From Sphaeroforma arctica JP610 (lineage: Eukaryota), in NCBI RefSeq assembly GCF_001186125.1, contig NW_014040465.1, positions 38,306-102,305 of the forward strand: 64,000 nt of DNA, written 5' to 3'. This document shows positions 61,214 to 64,000 of this stretch, one piece after another; position 1 is the stretch's first letter; each line of letters starts with the position of its first letter. The notes beneath the pieces were generated by a model, which was not told the origin of the DNA, searched no databases, and worked only from the letters and a program-made list of their open reading frames with translations. A program made the translations under genes and the position numbers.

Positions 61214-61831
61214 GGGTAGATAATTATAATACACATTTGATTTACCGGCTGCTTGTTGTGCACCAGCCGCCATGGCCTGCACTGCCTCAGCTGCAGCTCC
61301 AGTCTGTGCTTGCAAAGCCTCGACAGCCTCGCCAGCCTGTGCCGAGATCTCATTGTACTTCTGAACGGCAAACTCAGAGATTTCCTTATACTTTTGAGTT
61401 GCAAACTCTTGTACTTGAAGCGTCTTCTCCTCGAGATACTTTAGTTGCGCATTGGCAGCAGGCCCGATGCCCTTTAGACTGGGCTGGATATATGGCCAGA
61501 TAACCGCTGAACCTTGCCTGAGGAGTCCGCATATGCTTTGCGTCATAATACTCCAAGTTTTGGACTTATCATCGCCAGCTTTGATCTCTTTGTTGAAGGC
61601 CTGTAGCCTTTCGCCGAGCCTGTATGAGGGGTTGTACGCCGCTCGCTGGTAGAGTCGGTTGGAAACCTCTTGGGTAATGTGGAAGATCTTCTCAGATCGA
61701 CCCTTTTCTATTGCCAGGGCCCAGAGAGCGGCGTACAAACCTTTCAATCGTTTATACAGGCTCAGCGACACACTTCAGGCCTTCAAACTGTGAAGGATGA
61801 CGGCGTCTTTGACGTAAGTTGAATGGAGTAT
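60806..61831. repeat. Two adjacent long imperfect palindromes built from perilipin coding sequence
   Basis: Hairpin 1 arms are 60806-61185 and 61186-61528, centred on AAAGAGCTTT. Hairpin 2 arms are ~61548-61686 and 61687-61831, centred on GAAGATCTTC. Confidence 0.9.
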
Positions 61832-61993
61832 CAGGTAGCATGTGCGCTCAAACTATACGCTTTATGCGTATATCGCTTTAAACAAATACACATGCATTTG
61901 GTGCTTTAATTCTTCGTATCCCCTCCGTAGTTGCTTGGTATTCACTGTAACACTTTGTTTCGGTTTGCAGAAGTAAGTCAGCTGCCCAATGTA

Positions 61994-62138
61994 CTCTACC
62001 ATGGAAGAGGGACACAATACATCTCTACCATGGAAGAGCGACACAATACATCTCTACCATGGAAGAGGGACACAATACATCTCTACCATGGAAGAGGGAC
62101 ACAATACATCTCTACCATGGAAGAGGGACACAATACAT
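61994..62138. repeat. 29 bp tandem repeat, 5 copies
   Basis: CTCTACCATGGAAGAGGGACACAATACAT head-to-tail with no spacers. Confidence 0.95.
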
Positions 62139-62729
62139 TACATCGCGGGAACGGATAGATTAAAGTCAAAGCAGTGTCATATTTTTAATGTAAATAAAAC
62201 CCCGGAGACGTCTGGATCTGATTGTGTATTTTTTAATTTCTTTCGAGTTGAAACCGGGTTATTGATACCATTTTAGTGTTCGTACATCAATGCTTGCAGA
62301 GTATCATATTAGCACATATAGTTTTGGAAACAAGTCGAATTGAGGAGCTATTTCGACTGTAGATTTAGACAGCAATATGTCGGAAAGAAGACATTCCGAA
62401 AACTCTCAACTCATCGGAAGTTAACAGTTTACATCAATTTGAATTCCAAATTAAGATCATTTTCCGAGCACTACGATCGCTCAACATGTTTTGAATATTG
62501 ACAAAAGAGCATGACCAATCGACAGCCCAACCGATGTTGATACTGATCCAAAAGCAAGTGTAACAAATGCCATTTTATAAAATTAGATCATTTGGAACGG
62601 ATCAACTACCCAGAACCGAGGAGGGGTTTTTAAAATTACACCTGATTTGTACCCTAAAGCCTGCAGTGAGCTATATCCGACTTGATCCTCGTATAGATCT
62701 TACCATCGAAAATCTGGATAGAAGAACTA

Positions 62730-63170
62730 ATACGAGTGTTTATGGCGCAATATTGGTCCATGTTGGTGCCTGGCGTGGATAGTGGTGTCCATCTCGCCAC
62801 AGGAGCACCCCTACACAACACTCAATGCTATAGCAACGGGCATCTATGTTTTGTTTGTTCGATGACGAAATCTTGATATATGGGTGTCGATGAAATTTCC
62901 CTTGATGACGGAAATTTACTATCCATACCAGATAGTCATCAACTGTACTAGTCTCTGCGACTAGCCGATGCAATCTGCGGTTGCTACCAAGTTACAATGA
63001 AACGATGTATAGCTTACTTTGTCGATATAAGTTGCATCATACAGAGTTGATAAAACAGTGCGAAAAGAATATGAACACAGATTTTGAGTCGAAATTTCAA
63101 CATAGCATATGACGATAGGTAAGTGTACATGGATTAAACACAATCATTCAAATCACACACAAACATAAAT
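62730..63170 (-). mobile_element. Decayed Tc1/IS630-like transposase fragment (copy 2)
   Basis: The minus strand gives TYIDKVS (first catalytic D region) and IDARCY...VGVLLWRDGHHY...PTWTNIAP, compatible with DNA..H...V..LL...GH....LPPYSP.LNP. Confidence 0.55.
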
Positions 63171-64000
63171 GACAATATACGTGCAAAGATCTACATAACG
63201 AGCTACGTGAAAAGCAAACAAATCAAGCAAGCACATTTGAATTTAATAAAATATAAAACACACACACACGCATATATATATACATACATACAAAGATAGA
63301 CAGACAGATATATATATACACATAAAAATAATAAAAATTGCTACATATATATATATATATATATATTTATACATATAAGTATATATATACATATATTCTT
63401 ATATATTCATATAGATATACCATGGATGTATATGGTATATACAATATAATACACATATAATATAAAATATAAGTATACATACATACATACATATATGCAG
63501 ATACAAACATATATACTATATATGAATATATATATATATTTAGAATTGTATATATAAACTCGTATATATATATGTATATATACACATAGATATATTATAG
63601 TATATATATTATACAATACATATATACACTTACATACAGACATATATATATAAATACACACACACACAAAGAGACACGGATACAGACACAAGTATATATT
63701 TAAATATATATACATATATCTACTTATGCATACATACATACACTCACGCACACACACATATATATATATATGTATAGATATGGTTATATTTATATATATA
63801 CACACACATATATATATATATGCATATCCATAAATATATATATATACTTACATATATAAAGATGCATATATATATAAATATGTATATATATATATATGCA
63901 TATACATATATATACATACATATATAAAGATGTATATATATATATGCATATACATAAATATATAAAGATGTATATATATATATATATACTTACATATATA

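Noticed and set aside
61994..62138. 29-bp repeats of CRISPR-like length with a short internal palindrome (CCATGG)
   Set aside because: Head-to-tail with no spacers, no cas genes and a eukaryotic context: a minisatellite.

Overview
Eukaryotic nuclear DNA from a gapped draft assembly. It is intron-rich, and the introns are packed with (CA)n/(TA)n microsatellites and minisatellites. The style and gene content suggest a unicellular holozoan such as an ichthyosporean, but that is inference only. Genes: the 3' end of an unidentified + strand gene with an acidic tail (possibly DCAF8-like); a spliced SGNH/PC-esterase-like membrane protein (-); tRNA-Ser(UGA); mitochondrial-type methionyl-tRNA synthetase (-) head-to-head with importin-alpha (+); a CLPTM1-family gene (-) head-to-head with a perilipin-like gene (+). 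The 35-51 kb interval is mostly decayed transposons. Two structures stand out. (1) A 4.7-kb element (41134-45820, TATC target duplication) encodes Gag-like and integrase-chromodomain proteins with no visible protease, RT or RNase H. Its 763-bp LTR has ~115-bp terminal inverted repeats, and it is nested in a decayed Ngaro/DIRS-type tyrosine-recombinase retroelement. (2) The perilipin-like locus contains a ~500-bp circularly permuted, inverted block bounded by short palindromes, which forms two back-to-back, nearly spacerless long hairpins. All family calls come from recognising motifs by eye, not from database searches.
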